Virus record (IMG/VR): IMGVR_UViG_3300005965_000002
Location: 124,001 to 188,000 of that record
Strand: one strand, 5' to 3'
DNA: 64,000 nt
Shown: positions 52,602 through 62,902 of the stretch, piece by piece
How the letters are laid out: every line of letters begins with the position of its first letter
Position numbering within the stretch: position 1 is the first letter of the stretch
Notes under the pieces: generated by a model
Database searches by the model: none
What the model was told of the DNA's origin: nothing
The model's input: the letters and a program-made list of their open reading frames with translations, nothing else
Translations under genes and position numbers: made by a program

Positions 52602-52777
52602 TATACGGAATCTTAGGGATTCTTTCATATTTAGATAACATTATATACATATTTTACATTCCATAGATTTAGATAACATTTTGATGGCATATCCTTCCCA
52701 AGTTCCCGCATATATTGCCTATTCAGGTATATACATTCCTGTTTTCCCACAGATTAATATCCATATAAGGAGATGTT

Positions 52778-53338
52778 ATGTCACAAATTAATTTGGACAG
52801 TGTGCTGAGCAACCTCCAAAAGTCTTTAGCATTTACTAAAGAAGTAGAGGTTATGGGCCTCAAATTAAAGCTAAGGCTGCTAAGCCTCACTGAGGAGCAA
52901 AAAGCTAATTCTGATCCAGAGTTAGAGGAGCTAGATGGTGCCTCATTCATGAATAGAATGAGAAAAAATGTTCTTTGCTACTCGATAATTAAAATCGATG
53001 AACAAGAATTTGACCCCATCGTTGAATACCAGGATAAGGAAGGAAATGTTATAAAAAAAGAGAGATCAATAGTATTAAGAGAGATACTTGATGGTCTGCC
53101 TGCAGATATTGTAGAGGCTTTATTTGATATTTATGTAGACCTTAAGGAAGAATCCGAGCAAAAAATTAAGGATAATTTGAATTATAAATGGTTTAAGGAT
53201 CCGGTTACCCGGGAAAAAGAAATGAGAGAAAGAATAAAAAAGCTTAGTGAAGCAGAACATGAGAAAAATGAGTCCATAAAATTTAAAGAAGTGCCCAAGC
53301 AGGAAGAAGACGATAATATAGAAAAAAATCCAGAATGA
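52778..53338 (+). CDS. Tail assembly chaperone
   Basis: Between tube and tape measure; LKLRLLSLTEE...LCYSIIKID...IVEALFD pattern. Confidence 0.7.
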   Translation: MSQINLDSVLSNLQKSLAFTKEVEVMGLKLKLRLLSLTEEQKANSDPELEELDGASFMNRMRKNVLCYSIIKIDEQEFDPIVEYQDKEGNVIKKERSIVLREILDGLPADIVEALFDIYVDLKEESEQKIKDNLNYKWFKDPVTREKEMRERIKKLSEAEHEKNESIKFKEVPKQEEDDNIEKNPE

Positions 53339-53342
53339 AAAA

Positions 53343-54395
53343 ATGGAAACAATAGAAGCATATAATAATATAGAAGATATCATTGCTAAGGGTTTTTTAT
53401 CAGAGTTATTGGAATACGAAGGAATAAAAATAGTACTAAAGAATATCACTGATAAAGAATTCAACATGTTGCCCTATTTTTCGGGCTCAGAAAGCGAGCA
53501 TAATGTTTTTTATAAGCTCGCTTTTGCTACATATATGATTAATGGTGTGAATTACATCAAGAATCGAAGTAGCAATGTGGAAGAATTAGCAAATTTTTAT
53601 AGAGATGTGCCATCTCCCTTTTTATCTGTTTTGTTAGAGGTCCTGGAAGATTTACATTTAAATTATTTGGAGTCTTCCAGGTTTTTGGAGGGGTTTAGTT
53701 ATACTAACAAGTCTAGAAATTTATGGAAGTCAATTAGTAATAATCTATTTGTAATAAACCCATATGGTATAGAAGGTATTGAATCGCTGGGTATTAATAG
53801 TGTACAAGAAAATTGGGTTATTATAAATAAGCAGTTAGATGCTGAAGAATCCTATAAGGTACAGTTCAATTTATCAATATTAGTAGCTTCTTCCTTTAAC
53901 GGTAAGGGCGCAAAGTCGATATCCAACAATTTTGAAGCTCGGCAAAAGGATATAGAGGAATATAGAGAGACAATAAGTAAATATGGTTATGATAAGAAAA
54001 GAGTAGAGGAAGAAAGAAAAAGTGAATGGTCCCCTCAATTACTAACCCGAGAAGATTTAGTACATGAATTAGAAAAACAAATGAGAGGCGAGAAAGATAA
54101 GCACGATTTGTTTATGGAAGAATGGTATGAAAGGCAGAGGCAAAGGTCAGAAGAAGCTAAGCGTAACGCTCTGGAAAGGCACAAATTATTAGCTGCTAAG
54201 TTTGAGGAAATCGACTTGGACTCTGAGCCCTCTAGATCGGCTACAGAAGAAGAATTAAATAGAATATCAAGACCTATAAGAAATCCCGGAGCATCTGTTT
54301 CTCATGATGCATATAGGAAAAAAGAAGATGAAGAGAGATTTCTCTCTAAAATGAGTTCCAAAGTAATTAGAGCAAAAGACCTTGAGGATAAATAA
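53343..54395 (+). CDS. Second tail-assembly chaperone-like protein
   Basis: Related architecture (IVLKNITDKE...LAFATYMING...FLSVL); immediately before tape measure. Confidence 0.6.
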   Translation: METIEAYNNIEDIIAKGFLSELLEYEGIKIVLKNITDKEFNMLPYFSGSESEHNVFYKLAFATYMINGVNYIKNRSSNVEELANFYRDVPSPFLSVLLEVLEDLHLNYLESSRFLEGFSYTNKSRNLWKSISNNLFVINPYGIEGIESLGINSVQENWVIINKQLDAEESYKVQFNLSILVASSFNGKGAKSISNNFEARQKDIEEYRETISKYGYDKKRVEEERKSEWSPQLLTREDLVHELEKQMRGEKDKHDLFMEEWYERQRQRSEEAKRNALERHKLLAAKFEEIDLDSEPSRSATEEELNRISRPIRNPGASVSHDAYRKKEDEERFLSKMSSKVIRAKDLEDK

Positions 54396-54397
54396 TT

Positions 54398-57300
54398 ATG
54401 TTACCAGAAGATGAAGTTAAGAAATTGACCGAAGCTATAACTAAAAGCTTTAGGTATGCTGATGGTATTCATAGAGCCGCTCAGGAGCAAGAAAAGCTTG
54501 CTAGAGTTATGAAAGATGTCGATGAGATGCGGAAGAAGAACATAGCTACCATGAGAGAAGAGAAGAAAGAGTCTAGGCGATTAGAAGTTGCTGCTGCAGA
54601 CTTAGCAAGAAAGAGAGCAAAAACTGCTGAAGAGAGAAAAAAAGCTGATGAAGATTATAAAAGAAAAGTAAAAAAATTTTATGGCACAGAAGAAGTGAGT
54701 CGTTATGAAAAAACTGTGCTAAGCAGTTTACAAAAGCAGCACGGATCGGTAGAAAAATTAACGAAAGCGCAAAAAGCACATAGAAAAGAATATGAAAAGC
54801 TTTCTGGGGTAAATTTATCCGGTTTAAAAAAAGCACAAGCTGAATTGTTTGATGCTTTCACTTCTAAAAAAACTGGTAAAAGTATAGATGAAATAGCGGA
54901 TAAATACCAGAATGTGGTGAAGTCGATGCAAGATGCCGCAAAGAGAACTGGACAAGAAGGTCCTGAGATGCCCTCTGCTCAGGAAGCTTTGAGAACAGGC
55001 TTTTTGGCTGCTGCAAAGAGCAGAGAAAAAACTATGGAGAAATCTAGTGGGCAGATTGTAGATAGTCTCATAGATGAACTTAGAAGAGCTTCTTCTGAAG
55101 CGGAAGAAATGGAGATAATGGAGAAAGCTCTTGATATAGAGGGAGCCACAAAAGCTTTAGAACAGATGAAGCTTAAGTATGGAAAAGCTTCTTTTTTTAC
55201 AGAGTCTGGAAAGGCCGTGGGAGGTGCCGCAAAGTCCTTATTTAAAGGAGATCAGGGAGGTTTTCAGCATCAGGCTAAGAATATGCAGGAGTGGGCTACG
55301 GCTGCTAAAGCTTCAGGAAAAAAATTGGGATTTTTAGGAAAAAATATAGGATCGTTAGCCGATTTTCTAGGTAAACTGGGGAAGCTTAATTGGATCTTTA
55401 CTCTTATATCTGCTTTAGGTAAAATGATATCTATTTTCAATGACCTGGATAAGTATGTAAAAGGATTAAATCAACAGTTCTTAACTATGGCCGGTCCTGC
55501 AGGTGCTCTCGAAAATGCTGAAGCATCAATGGTGGAATTTAATAGGGCTATACACGACCTACAAAGAAACATGGAATTAGGGTTACTACCTAAAGAGGTC
55601 CAAGCATTTTTTGGTGCGGTGTCTGGAGCGGGTTTAAGCCTTCAAGGTATAATGCAATCTGTAGGAAACTATGGTGACGTTATAGAAGAAGGTAGAAAGA
55701 TGAGTTTAGAATTTGGTGTATCCATGGAAGACATGGGTAAGATGATATCCACTCAGATGCTAGAACTAAGGGCTTCGCTTACTGATGTGTCAGACGGTTT
55801 TGAGAAAATTTCTTATGATGCTGCTATGGCTGGTGTAAGCTCTAATAAGTTTTATAACGCTATTGAGTCTACCGCTCTTTCGCTAGAATTCTACGGAAAT
55901 AGTTTAAAGTACGTTTCGGGTTTACTAGCCGATATTAAGAAGACGGGAAGAATCGGATTTAAAGGAGCAGAAGATTTAGCAAAGTCGTATACTGAAATGT
56001 TTGAAGGAATGGACTTAACTAAAAAGATTTCTTTAATTGAGATGGTCGGTGTGGATCAAATGAGGTCCATTTTCGAGGAGATTGGAAAAAGAGCTGACAA
56101 GCAGTTACAAAACTTAAATAATCAGATCAAGGTAATGACAGCAGAAGGAAAGGATTTAACGGAAGAGGATAAAAAAAGATTAGAAGCTTTAAGAGAGCAA
56201 CAAAAGAATTTGAGGCATCAGGTTGATTACTATGACGAAATAGCTAAATCAGGAGATAGGGGCAGGATGGCCGAAGGTCTGTCGGGAGCTGCTGCTGCCG
56301 GTTTTGCTCCTTATTTGATACAGACGATAATGCAAAGGCTAGGACCTGGATTAATAGGAGGGGGAGAGGGAGAGACTGTAGCCAGGAAAACTATAATGGG
56401 TTCCTTATTAAGTATAGATCCAAAACATATAGATCAGACGGAAGAAATTTTGAGGGTTTTCTACAGGACTTTTGATGAATTAAATAAAAAAGCCTTAAGG
56501 TTATCTCAACAATTTCTTATAGGCGATGAAACTATGAGGAATTTGCTGTTGGAAGCAAGAGAGTCTGGGAAAGGTTTTGATCAATTAAAACCGGAATTGT
56601 TTAAGAAGTTAGTGGAAGCAAATAAAGATTTATTTGAGAACGAAGAGGAACTTAATGCTTTTGTTAAAAATTTAATAGACGCAGTTTCTGATAATATAAA
56701 CTTGTTATTAAAACCAGGAATTACAGGGGAAGAGTACGCTGAAGGAGCATTTGCTCAAATTGGTACAATGACTAGGGGCACGGCTGGGTTATCTGGTAGA
56801 GGGATGGATGAACTTGTTAGGAGCGTAACTCCGTTAGAAAAAATGTTGAATATTACTCAGGATTCTTTGAAGTATGAACTCGCGGATAACCTGATCTTCC
56901 GTAGCATGAATAATTGGTTGCATGATATATTTGAATTGCTCAAGTTTATAGGGAAAATAATGCCCAAAGGAAAATCCTACGAAGAAATGCAAGCGGATAA
57001 AGAAAAAAAGTTTCTAAAAGAAGAATTTGAAATGTACGCTGTAGCTCAAGATAAAGCTGCACAAGCCATTATGGCTATATCCGAAAAGCAGGGCCGACTA
57101 GAGGGAGAAGAAGATCCCAAAAAGATAAAACTATTAAAAGAAGAGATATCAGCAGAAGAAGAAAAATTAAAGTTGGCTAAAGAACAGATGTCAGAAATTG
57201 AATCTACCAGCGGAAGGGGAAGAGATTTAGCCGCAACCAGCAGTGTAAGCATTTCAGAATTAATACGTCGTTTACAGGAGGGTACAATACAGAGGGGTGA

Positions 57301-57802
57301 AAGGAGTCGCTTATCATTTTTACAGGATAGGATATTAGAAGGATTGGGTAGAGATCCCAAAGATAGATCTTTCCAAGATCTTTTACCTATAGAGAAAGGT
57401 TATTACGATCTCTTAGGCTCCAGGGAAGATAAGCAGAATTTTTTGTACAGAAAGCATTATAATCCTGAGGCGAAAACATCCCCCGAAAATAGAAATAAAG
57501 TATTAGATTACCGCGCAGATACAAGTGGTTGGGTAAATATCAGTCGTGGAGATATAGTAGTAAATAGTGGAAGCTTAGCCAAAGGAATTAAAGGTGGGGT
57601 TGGTCAATTTGCTCATCAAGTTATGGCTAAATCAAACATAGGTGGAATTGGGGGGTCACAGCATAATTGGGGTGGTATTAATATTGTTTTCCAGGCACCG
57701 GCTGACAGCACTAACCCGAACGCCTATAAAAGAATGTTTGTTGATGCCGTGGAGCAGATTGTGGATAGAAAGCTATACGCAGAAAAACAGAGGATTAGTT
57801 AA
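54398..57802 (+). CDS. Tape measure protein
   Basis: 1134 aa, helical A/E/K-rich, central hydrophobic stretch (LNWIFTLISALG), canonical position. Confidence 0.82.
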   Translation: MLPEDEVKKLTEAITKSFRYADGIHRAAQEQEKLARVMKDVDEMRKKNIATMREEKKESRRLEVAAADLARKRAKTAEERKKADEDYKRKVKKFYGTEEVSRYEKTVLSSLQKQHGSVEKLTKAQKAHRKEYEKLSGVNLSGLKKAQAELFDAFTSKKTGKSIDEIADKYQNVVKSMQDAAKRTGQEGPEMPSAQEALRTGFLAAAKSREKTMEKSSGQIVDSLIDELRRASSEAEEMEIMEKALDIEGATKALEQMKLKYGKASFFTESGKAVGGAAKSLFKGDQGGFQHQAKNMQEWATAAKASGKKLGFLGKNIGSLADFLGKLGKLNWIFTLISALGKMISIFNDLDKYVKGLNQQFLTMAGPAGALENAEASMVEFNRAIHDLQRNMELGLLPKEVQAFFGAVSGAGLSLQGIMQSVGNYGDVIEEGRKMSLEFGVSMEDMGKMISTQMLELRASLTDVSDGFEKISYDAAMAGVSSNKFYNAIESTALSLEFYGNSLKYVSGLLADIKKTGRIGFKGAEDLAKSYTEMFEGMDLTKKISLIEMVGVDQMRSIFEEIGKRADKQLQNLNNQIKVMTAEGKDLTEEDKKRLEALREQQKNLRHQVDYYDEIAKSGDRGRMAEGLSGAAAAGFAPYLIQTIMQRLGPGLIGGGEGETVARKTIMGSLLSIDPKHIDQTEEILRVFYRTFDELNKKALRLSQQFLIGDETMRNLLLEARESGKGFDQLKPELFKKLVEANKDLFENEEELNAFVKNLIDAVSDNINLLLKPGITGEEYAEGAFAQIGTMTRGTAGLSGRGMDELVRSVTPLEKMLNITQDSLKYELADNLIFRSMNNWLHDIFELLKFIGKIMPKGKSYEEMQADKEKKFLKEEFEMYAVAQDKAAQAIMAISEKQGRLEGEEDPKKIKLLKEEISAEEEKLKLAKEQMSEIESTSGRGRDLAATSSVSISELIRRLQEGTIQRGERSRLSFLQDRILEGLGRDPKDRSFQDLLPIEKGYYDLLGSREDKQNFLYRKHYNPEAKTSPENRNKVLDYRADTSGWVNISRGDIVVNSGSLAKGIKGGVGQFAHQVMAKSNIGGIGGSQHNWGGINIVFQAPADSTNPNAYKRMFVDAVEQIVDRKLYAEKQRIS

Positions 57803-58932
57803 TGACTATTTCTGAAGGAATATTAAGATCATCTTCTACTTTTTTAGAAGAAACTGGTCAGTTATCTACAGTTCCTGAAGCGCTTTCAACCGCAAATATA
57901 CTTGAGAGCAGTCCAGAATTTCTCGCTGAGACAGGCCAAGATCTTCCTACGTCAAATTTAGATAGCCAGTCAATTTCTACACCTACAAATAACGGTTTTT
58001 TAACTTCTGGATATATAGTCGTAAATCCATTAAATGCAGATATGCAGAAAGTTCCTTTAAGCCAAATTGGTTTAGAGGAGGCTCGTGAAATCAGGCCTTC
58101 TATACGAAAGCATCCTGATTGGAGATCTTTTTACATACAAATGGTTGATAGGAACTTTGATAGCGTAGGAATTGTTCTTTCTTCGGGCGTGTTGATATCC
58201 TCTCTTAAGCTTACCCCTACGCCAAACTCTTTGACTATTAACTCCGCTAAAATAATTAATAGATATAATACTATGACACGTTGGGTAGAAGAGCATTGGG
58301 GAGACGAAATCGACACGATAACACTAGCAGGATCAACCTACTCTTTCCTAGCCCATAATCTGGCTAATGTGCCAGAGGTAGGAGTGACAAATAAATACCG
58401 GAGAGGTACTAAAGCTTATGAGATTATGAGGGAAATGCAAAAGATATTTCATTATAATGGTATTATTTTTCAAGATAGTAAAACCTACGAGGGTACTGGC
58501 AATCTCTTTGAAGGTAACTTGGGCGTTTTTGGGTCTAATCTTACAGCTACTGATAGGTTTTTATCTGACCCAACCAATCAATTTTTTATAAACAGACACC
58601 CTCGAAGAGGCCTAGCCAAAGAAAGACTTTATATCAATCTTTACTTCGATTACCTGTCAGCTACTGGATACTTTGAGTCTTTTGATTTAATGCAGGATGA
58701 AAACGATCCTTTTAAGCTTACCTATAGTATATCGTTTAAAGCTGAAAGAATTAAGTGGATACAAGGAAACAAGGCAACCTCTTCTACCTCTTTACTGATA
58801 CCCCCTGGTACCGATACAGGAGCTACGCAGACACCTAATAAGAAAGATCCCGAAGTTCCTAGAGATGTTATGGGGTTTACTGAGCTAGCTTCAGCGGAAG
58901 AAGTAGGGTTTAATGCGGACGTGGGAGTGTAA
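57802..58932 (+). CDS. Baseplate/tail-tube initiator-like protein
   Basis: RWVEEHWGDEIDTITLAGST...GYFESF...DPFKLTYSISF. Confidence 0.65.
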   Translation: MTISEGILRSSSTFLEETGQLSTVPEALSTANILESSPEFLAETGQDLPTSNLDSQSISTPTNNGFLTSGYIVVNPLNADMQKVPLSQIGLEEAREIRPSIRKHPDWRSFYIQMVDRNFDSVGIVLSSGVLISSLKLTPTPNSLTINSAKIINRYNTMTRWVEEHWGDEIDTITLAGSTYSFLAHNLANVPEVGVTNKYRRGTKAYEIMREMQKIFHYNGIIFQDSKTYEGTGNLFEGNLGVFGSNLTATDRFLSDPTNQFFINRHPRRGLAKERLYINLYFDYLSATGYFESFDLMQDENDPFKLTYSISFKAERIKWIQGNKATSSTSLLIPPGTDTGATQTPNKKDPEVPRDVMGFTELASAEEVGFNADVGV

Positions 58933-58934
58933 TT

Positions 58935-60410
58935 ATGGCCATCGAACCTACACAGACATTAAATGCTTTTGCTGATATGGTAGCCCGCCAAGGAGGGGGC
59001 TTAATCTTTTATCAAAATAGAGTATTTCCTGTAAATTCTAGTGAATTTATAACTGCGGCAAGAAAGGTTGATGGCTACCATCCTTTTACGGTTAGCATTT
59101 ATAACTCCAGTACGAGCACTGACGCTGTTTCGCTGACGCTGTTAGTAAACCCTTCTGATATTACTATCGGTAATGTGGCTATTACAAGCAACTCTTATAC
59201 GAGGGAGGGGTGGGTATCAACAATTTGGGGTAACCAACAAACTACCATAGCGGGCAGCGGGGACACGGCAGGTTTTTACATTCCAGAAGCGGGTTTAACA
59301 AATAAAGATAGAAGAAGTTCATTAGCATTTATAGATTTTCAAACGTTAATCGCCATGTTTAAAAACAATGGATACTATTTCCTTACAGCACCTTCTGATC
59401 AGAGCCTTTGGAAAGACGGTTTTAGCAGGGTGATTAATGTCATGGATTCTATTAAAATTGATTATGATGGGACTACGTATATAGGATCTTTTAGCACGTT
59501 TTCCGTAGATGACTCCGCAGAAAATCCTTATAAAATGACCTATAATTTTGAGTTTGTTGTTTCGGCTTTTAATGATGATACCATAGAGGGTCATGTTAGA
59601 AAAAATGGAAACGAATATAGCTCCCGGGTAGTTCTAGATATTCAAGGTCAGGACACAAGCTTTAGCAGAACTGCTCGAATGGATACATCCGAGCTTAATG
59701 AAAATTTTAGGTATGATAGGGTACCCAGAGAGAGGGTACATGAAAGCTATATGAATTTGACAGGCCCTGCAATAAGAGATAGAAGTAGAGTTGATGTGTA
59801 TAAACCCTATATAGCTAGAAATTTGCCCAAAATTGCATATGAAGATTTACCGGAGTCAACAAGGTCTGCTGTAAGAAGTAAAGCCAATAGTTTGAATTTA
59901 ACAGAAGAACAACTAGCAGGATTCCTTACGCATGAGTCTGCAGCTACATGGGATACTAGAGTACAAGCAGAAACCTCTACAGCTCAGGGGATCGGACAGT
60001 GGACAGAAGGTACGGTGATTGATATGGTAGCCTATATGAAAAAAAATAAGTTATTGCCACAGTCGTCAAACATTAGAACTCCATCTCAGCTAGTACAGGA
60101 ATTCAACACAATAGAAAAACAATTAGGTCTGATAGATGTATACATAGACATGAGACAAGTAAAGGGTAGATCCTTAAGGGATAGGATAAATGAGGCCCCC
60201 CCAGAAGAAAGATTAGAGGTAATGCTTGTCGGTTGGTTTTATCCTGATTATGTACTGGAGCCTAGAGATAAAGTTTTCCCCCCAGAAGTGTTAAGAGATA
60301 ATCCAGGGATATATACACCTAACGATTATATAAATTTTGTTAATAAAAGAATACGAAGTTTGGAGAGAAGAGCAAAAGCAAGAACAACAACCCAAGATGG
60401 TGAAGAGTAA
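58935..60410 (+). CDS. Baseplate protein paralog with C-terminal lysozyme/lytic-transglycosylase-like domain
   Basis: GWVSTIWG...GSFSTF...NPYKMTYNFEF; C-terminal AGFLTHES...TAQGIGQW. Confidence 0.7.
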   Translation: MAIEPTQTLNAFADMVARQGGGLIFYQNRVFPVNSSEFITAARKVDGYHPFTVSIYNSSTSTDAVSLTLLVNPSDITIGNVAITSNSYTREGWVSTIWGNQQTTIAGSGDTAGFYIPEAGLTNKDRRSSLAFIDFQTLIAMFKNNGYYFLTAPSDQSLWKDGFSRVINVMDSIKIDYDGTTYIGSFSTFSVDDSAENPYKMTYNFEFVVSAFNDDTIEGHVRKNGNEYSSRVVLDIQGQDTSFSRTARMDTSELNENFRYDRVPRERVHESYMNLTGPAIRDRSRVDVYKPYIARNLPKIAYEDLPESTRSAVRSKANSLNLTEEQLAGFLTHESAATWDTRVQAETSTAQGIGQWTEGTVIDMVAYMKKNKLLPQSSNIRTPSQLVQEFNTIEKQLGLIDVYIDMRQVKGRSLRDRINEAPPEERLEVMLVGWFYPDYVLEPRDKVFPPEVLRDNPGIYTPNDYINFVNKRIRSLERRAKARTTTQDGEE

Positions 60411-62890
60411 TGGCTGATCTTAGATCCGGAATTTTTACTTTTAGAGAGTTCGTTAACAGAAACGTACTCAAGTTAGCTCCCGATGGTTTTATTACTGTAA
60501 ACGGGTCGCTTGGGTCTAGAGTTATTGTTCCTGTAGAAACAGACGAAAATAACAGCGTCAAGCAGAGAAACCTTGAAGTCCGGGGCGGGGTGACCAGTAT
60601 AAGTGTAACAGGAGCAGTATCCCCCCCGGGATCTAATAAGGCTACTATTGAAGTCATAGCACCTCAGCATAGGGGATTACACGAGGATTATTATGTCACG
60701 TTGCCTACCGGTGTGAAGGTTCCTTTCTTTGCTCCTATGATGGAAGTAAAAGTTTACATGAAAGGTAGGTTTTTAGATTCAGCCGATGGATACATACCTA
60801 AGTATTATCCAGTTTTTTGGGGATTCATAACAGAAATAAGCGAGAACTATTCGGGCGGAGTACACACTTTCTCCATTACATGTTCAGACATGCTTACGTG
60901 GTGGAAATATCAGAAAATTGTATTAAGACCCTCTGCAGCAAATACCTTTTTTGGTGCGCCCTTGGCTAAAAATATTCCGACAATTTTTAAAAATAAAAAT
61001 CCCTGGCAAATAATTATTGCGCTTTTTACTGAAACCTTTTTTCTCACGAAGGAGAGCTCCTATAATTTTGTTTATCCCAAATTCTCTAAATCGGGTTTTA
61101 TTCCTAATCTGGGAAGGAACTCAGGAGAAATAGGTGACTTGTTTGGGGGTCTGGCGCAAGATGCCATGCGGTACTGGAATAAGAGATTTGGATTTCTGAT
61201 TTCCGATGCTAGTGATCAAGGAGAGAGGATCCCTTTAGAAATTTTTAGCTTACGAGGCAGGTCTATTAGTTATAGGGATGTACAACTAGGAAGATATAAA
61301 AATGTACCGTCGCTAGAGAAAGAGGTTCCTTATAACGAGATTTTATATGCTGACTTGGATCTTGACTTTAATATGCTCGCCAGAGTAATGCCTTTTGGGG
61401 AACTGAGCTTATACGGAGATAGCTCTGAGCCTTTAGAGATGACAAAGCTAGAGATCGCAAACGCTATTTGTGATCAGACTCATTTGGAATTTTTTACCGA
61501 TATGAATGGTAGCTTTGTATTTAAGCCACCTTTTTACAATATGGACACACTTACAGGAGATGTTCCATACTACAACATACAATCAAGTGACATAATTAAC
61601 TTTAATTCTTCAGTCAGCTCAGATAACATTGTTACTTTTTTAGAGGTGACATCTCCTCAAAGATATGACATGCCCAATATAGAGTTGATAGGGTTTCATT
61701 TTGATCTTGATTTGTTAAAAATATTTGGTATGAGACATGAAACAGTAGCTTTTAGGTATGGAAATGACTCTAGATCATTACAAATGTTGGCTGCTGCAGA
61801 GATGACACGTATAAATGGTAGGGCTTATACTGGAAGTGTATCTATACCTCTTAGGCCAGAGTTAAGGCTTGGTTACCCAGTGTATGTAGATCATTTGGAT
61901 GCGTACTTTTATGTCTCCGGTATTAGCCATAATATTACTTTTGGTACTTCAGCTACCACTGATCTATCTCTCGAATTCCGTAGAGATAGGGTTTTTGATC
62001 CAGATGGGACTGTAGGTAAAGGTAAAGAACCAAGTTATCCTGGTAAAGTTTTAAAGGGTTACGTATATAGATTTCAGGAAGGCAGGCTTAATATAAATGA
62101 TACAGAACGAGTGCAGTTAGATAGCGTTGTATCAGCTCAGGTAGAGTTAGAAAGAAGGCAGAGAGAGCTGTCGAACGCAAGAGATGAAAGCGCGGTAGAA
62201 AAGTTGAACAGGGAGATAAGACAGCTCCAGAACGACATATTAAAAGATACTCTTCAAAGAGCTAATAATATAGTAAGCGGACCAAAGACCACAGGGCTAT
62301 ATGATGTTGACTTAGCTCAAAAGAAAGCCATAACTATAGATAATGCAGGGACACAAGATGCAATAGTTTCTAATGAGCTATTAATGATAACAGACGAAAC
62401 CGTTCCTTATACCGATTTAAATGGATACAGGCATATAGGGGCTTTTCCTTATGGGGCCAATTTAAAACTGGTAAGAGGCGGAATTACAGATGCTTTTAAC
62501 AGAGCGGATGAGACAGATGCACAGGTATCTAGATTAGTCACTGCTGGTCCCTATCAGGAAGTTAAAACTAATGTATACAGGAATAATAACGATGAAACTA
62601 TATATCAGTTTGGTAGAGATTCTTTGGAAGAAATAGACGAAAAAACATTTAATCAGCTAATAGAGAACCAGCAAAAAGCAGTGGAAGATGCTGAGCAAGA
62701 TAGAAGAAACGGAGTGAAGGTAAGGCCAGATTTTAAAAATGATCCTAACTACAATCCTAAAACTCCCTTAAAAGCGGAGAAAACTACGGATGTTATTGTG
62801 AACGCAAGTCCTAGAAATACCGGTGACTCTTCAATAGGTATCAGACCGGGACGCCAAGAGCGGCCTTCATCAGGAAATACCTTAGTGTAA
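60410..62890 (+). CDS. Baseplate hub protein (gp27/gpD-like)
   Basis: VFWGFITEI...FSITCSD; EFFTDMNGSFVFKPP; GSVSIPLRPELRLGYPV...YVSGISH. Confidence 0.8.
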   Translation: MADLRSGIFTFREFVNRNVLKLAPDGFITVNGSLGSRVIVPVETDENNSVKQRNLEVRGGVTSISVTGAVSPPGSNKATIEVIAPQHRGLHEDYYVTLPTGVKVPFFAPMMEVKVYMKGRFLDSADGYIPKYYPVFWGFITEISENYSGGVHTFSITCSDMLTWWKYQKIVLRPSAANTFFGAPLAKNIPTIFKNKNPWQIIIALFTETFFLTKESSYNFVYPKFSKSGFIPNLGRNSGEIGDLFGGLAQDAMRYWNKRFGFLISDASDQGERIPLEIFSLRGRSISYRDVQLGRYKNVPSLEKEVPYNEILYADLDLDFNMLARVMPFGELSLYGDSSEPLEMTKLEIANAICDQTHLEFFTDMNGSFVFKPPFYNMDTLTGDVPYYNIQSSDIINFNSSVSSDNIVTFLEVTSPQRYDMPNIELIGFHFDLDLLKIFGMRHETVAFRYGNDSRSLQMLAAAEMTRINGRAYTGSVSIPLRPELRLGYPVYVDHLDAYFYVSGISHNITFGTSATTDLSLEFRRDRVFDPDGTVGKGKEPSYPGKVLKGYVYRFQEGRLNINDTERVQLDSVVSAQVELERRQRELSNARDESAVEKLNREIRQLQNDILKDTLQRANNIVSGPKTTGLYDVDLAQKKAITIDNAGTQDAIVSNELLMITDETVPYTDLNGYRHIGAFPYGANLKLVRGGITDAFNRADETDAQVSRLVTAGPYQEVKTNVYRNNNDETIYQFGRDSLEEIDEKTFNQLIENQQKAVEDAEQDRRNGVKVRPDFKNDPNYNPKTPLKAEKTTDVIVNASPRNTGDSSIGIRPGRQERPSSGNTLV

Positions 62891-62902
62891 TAAGGAAAAA
62901 AT

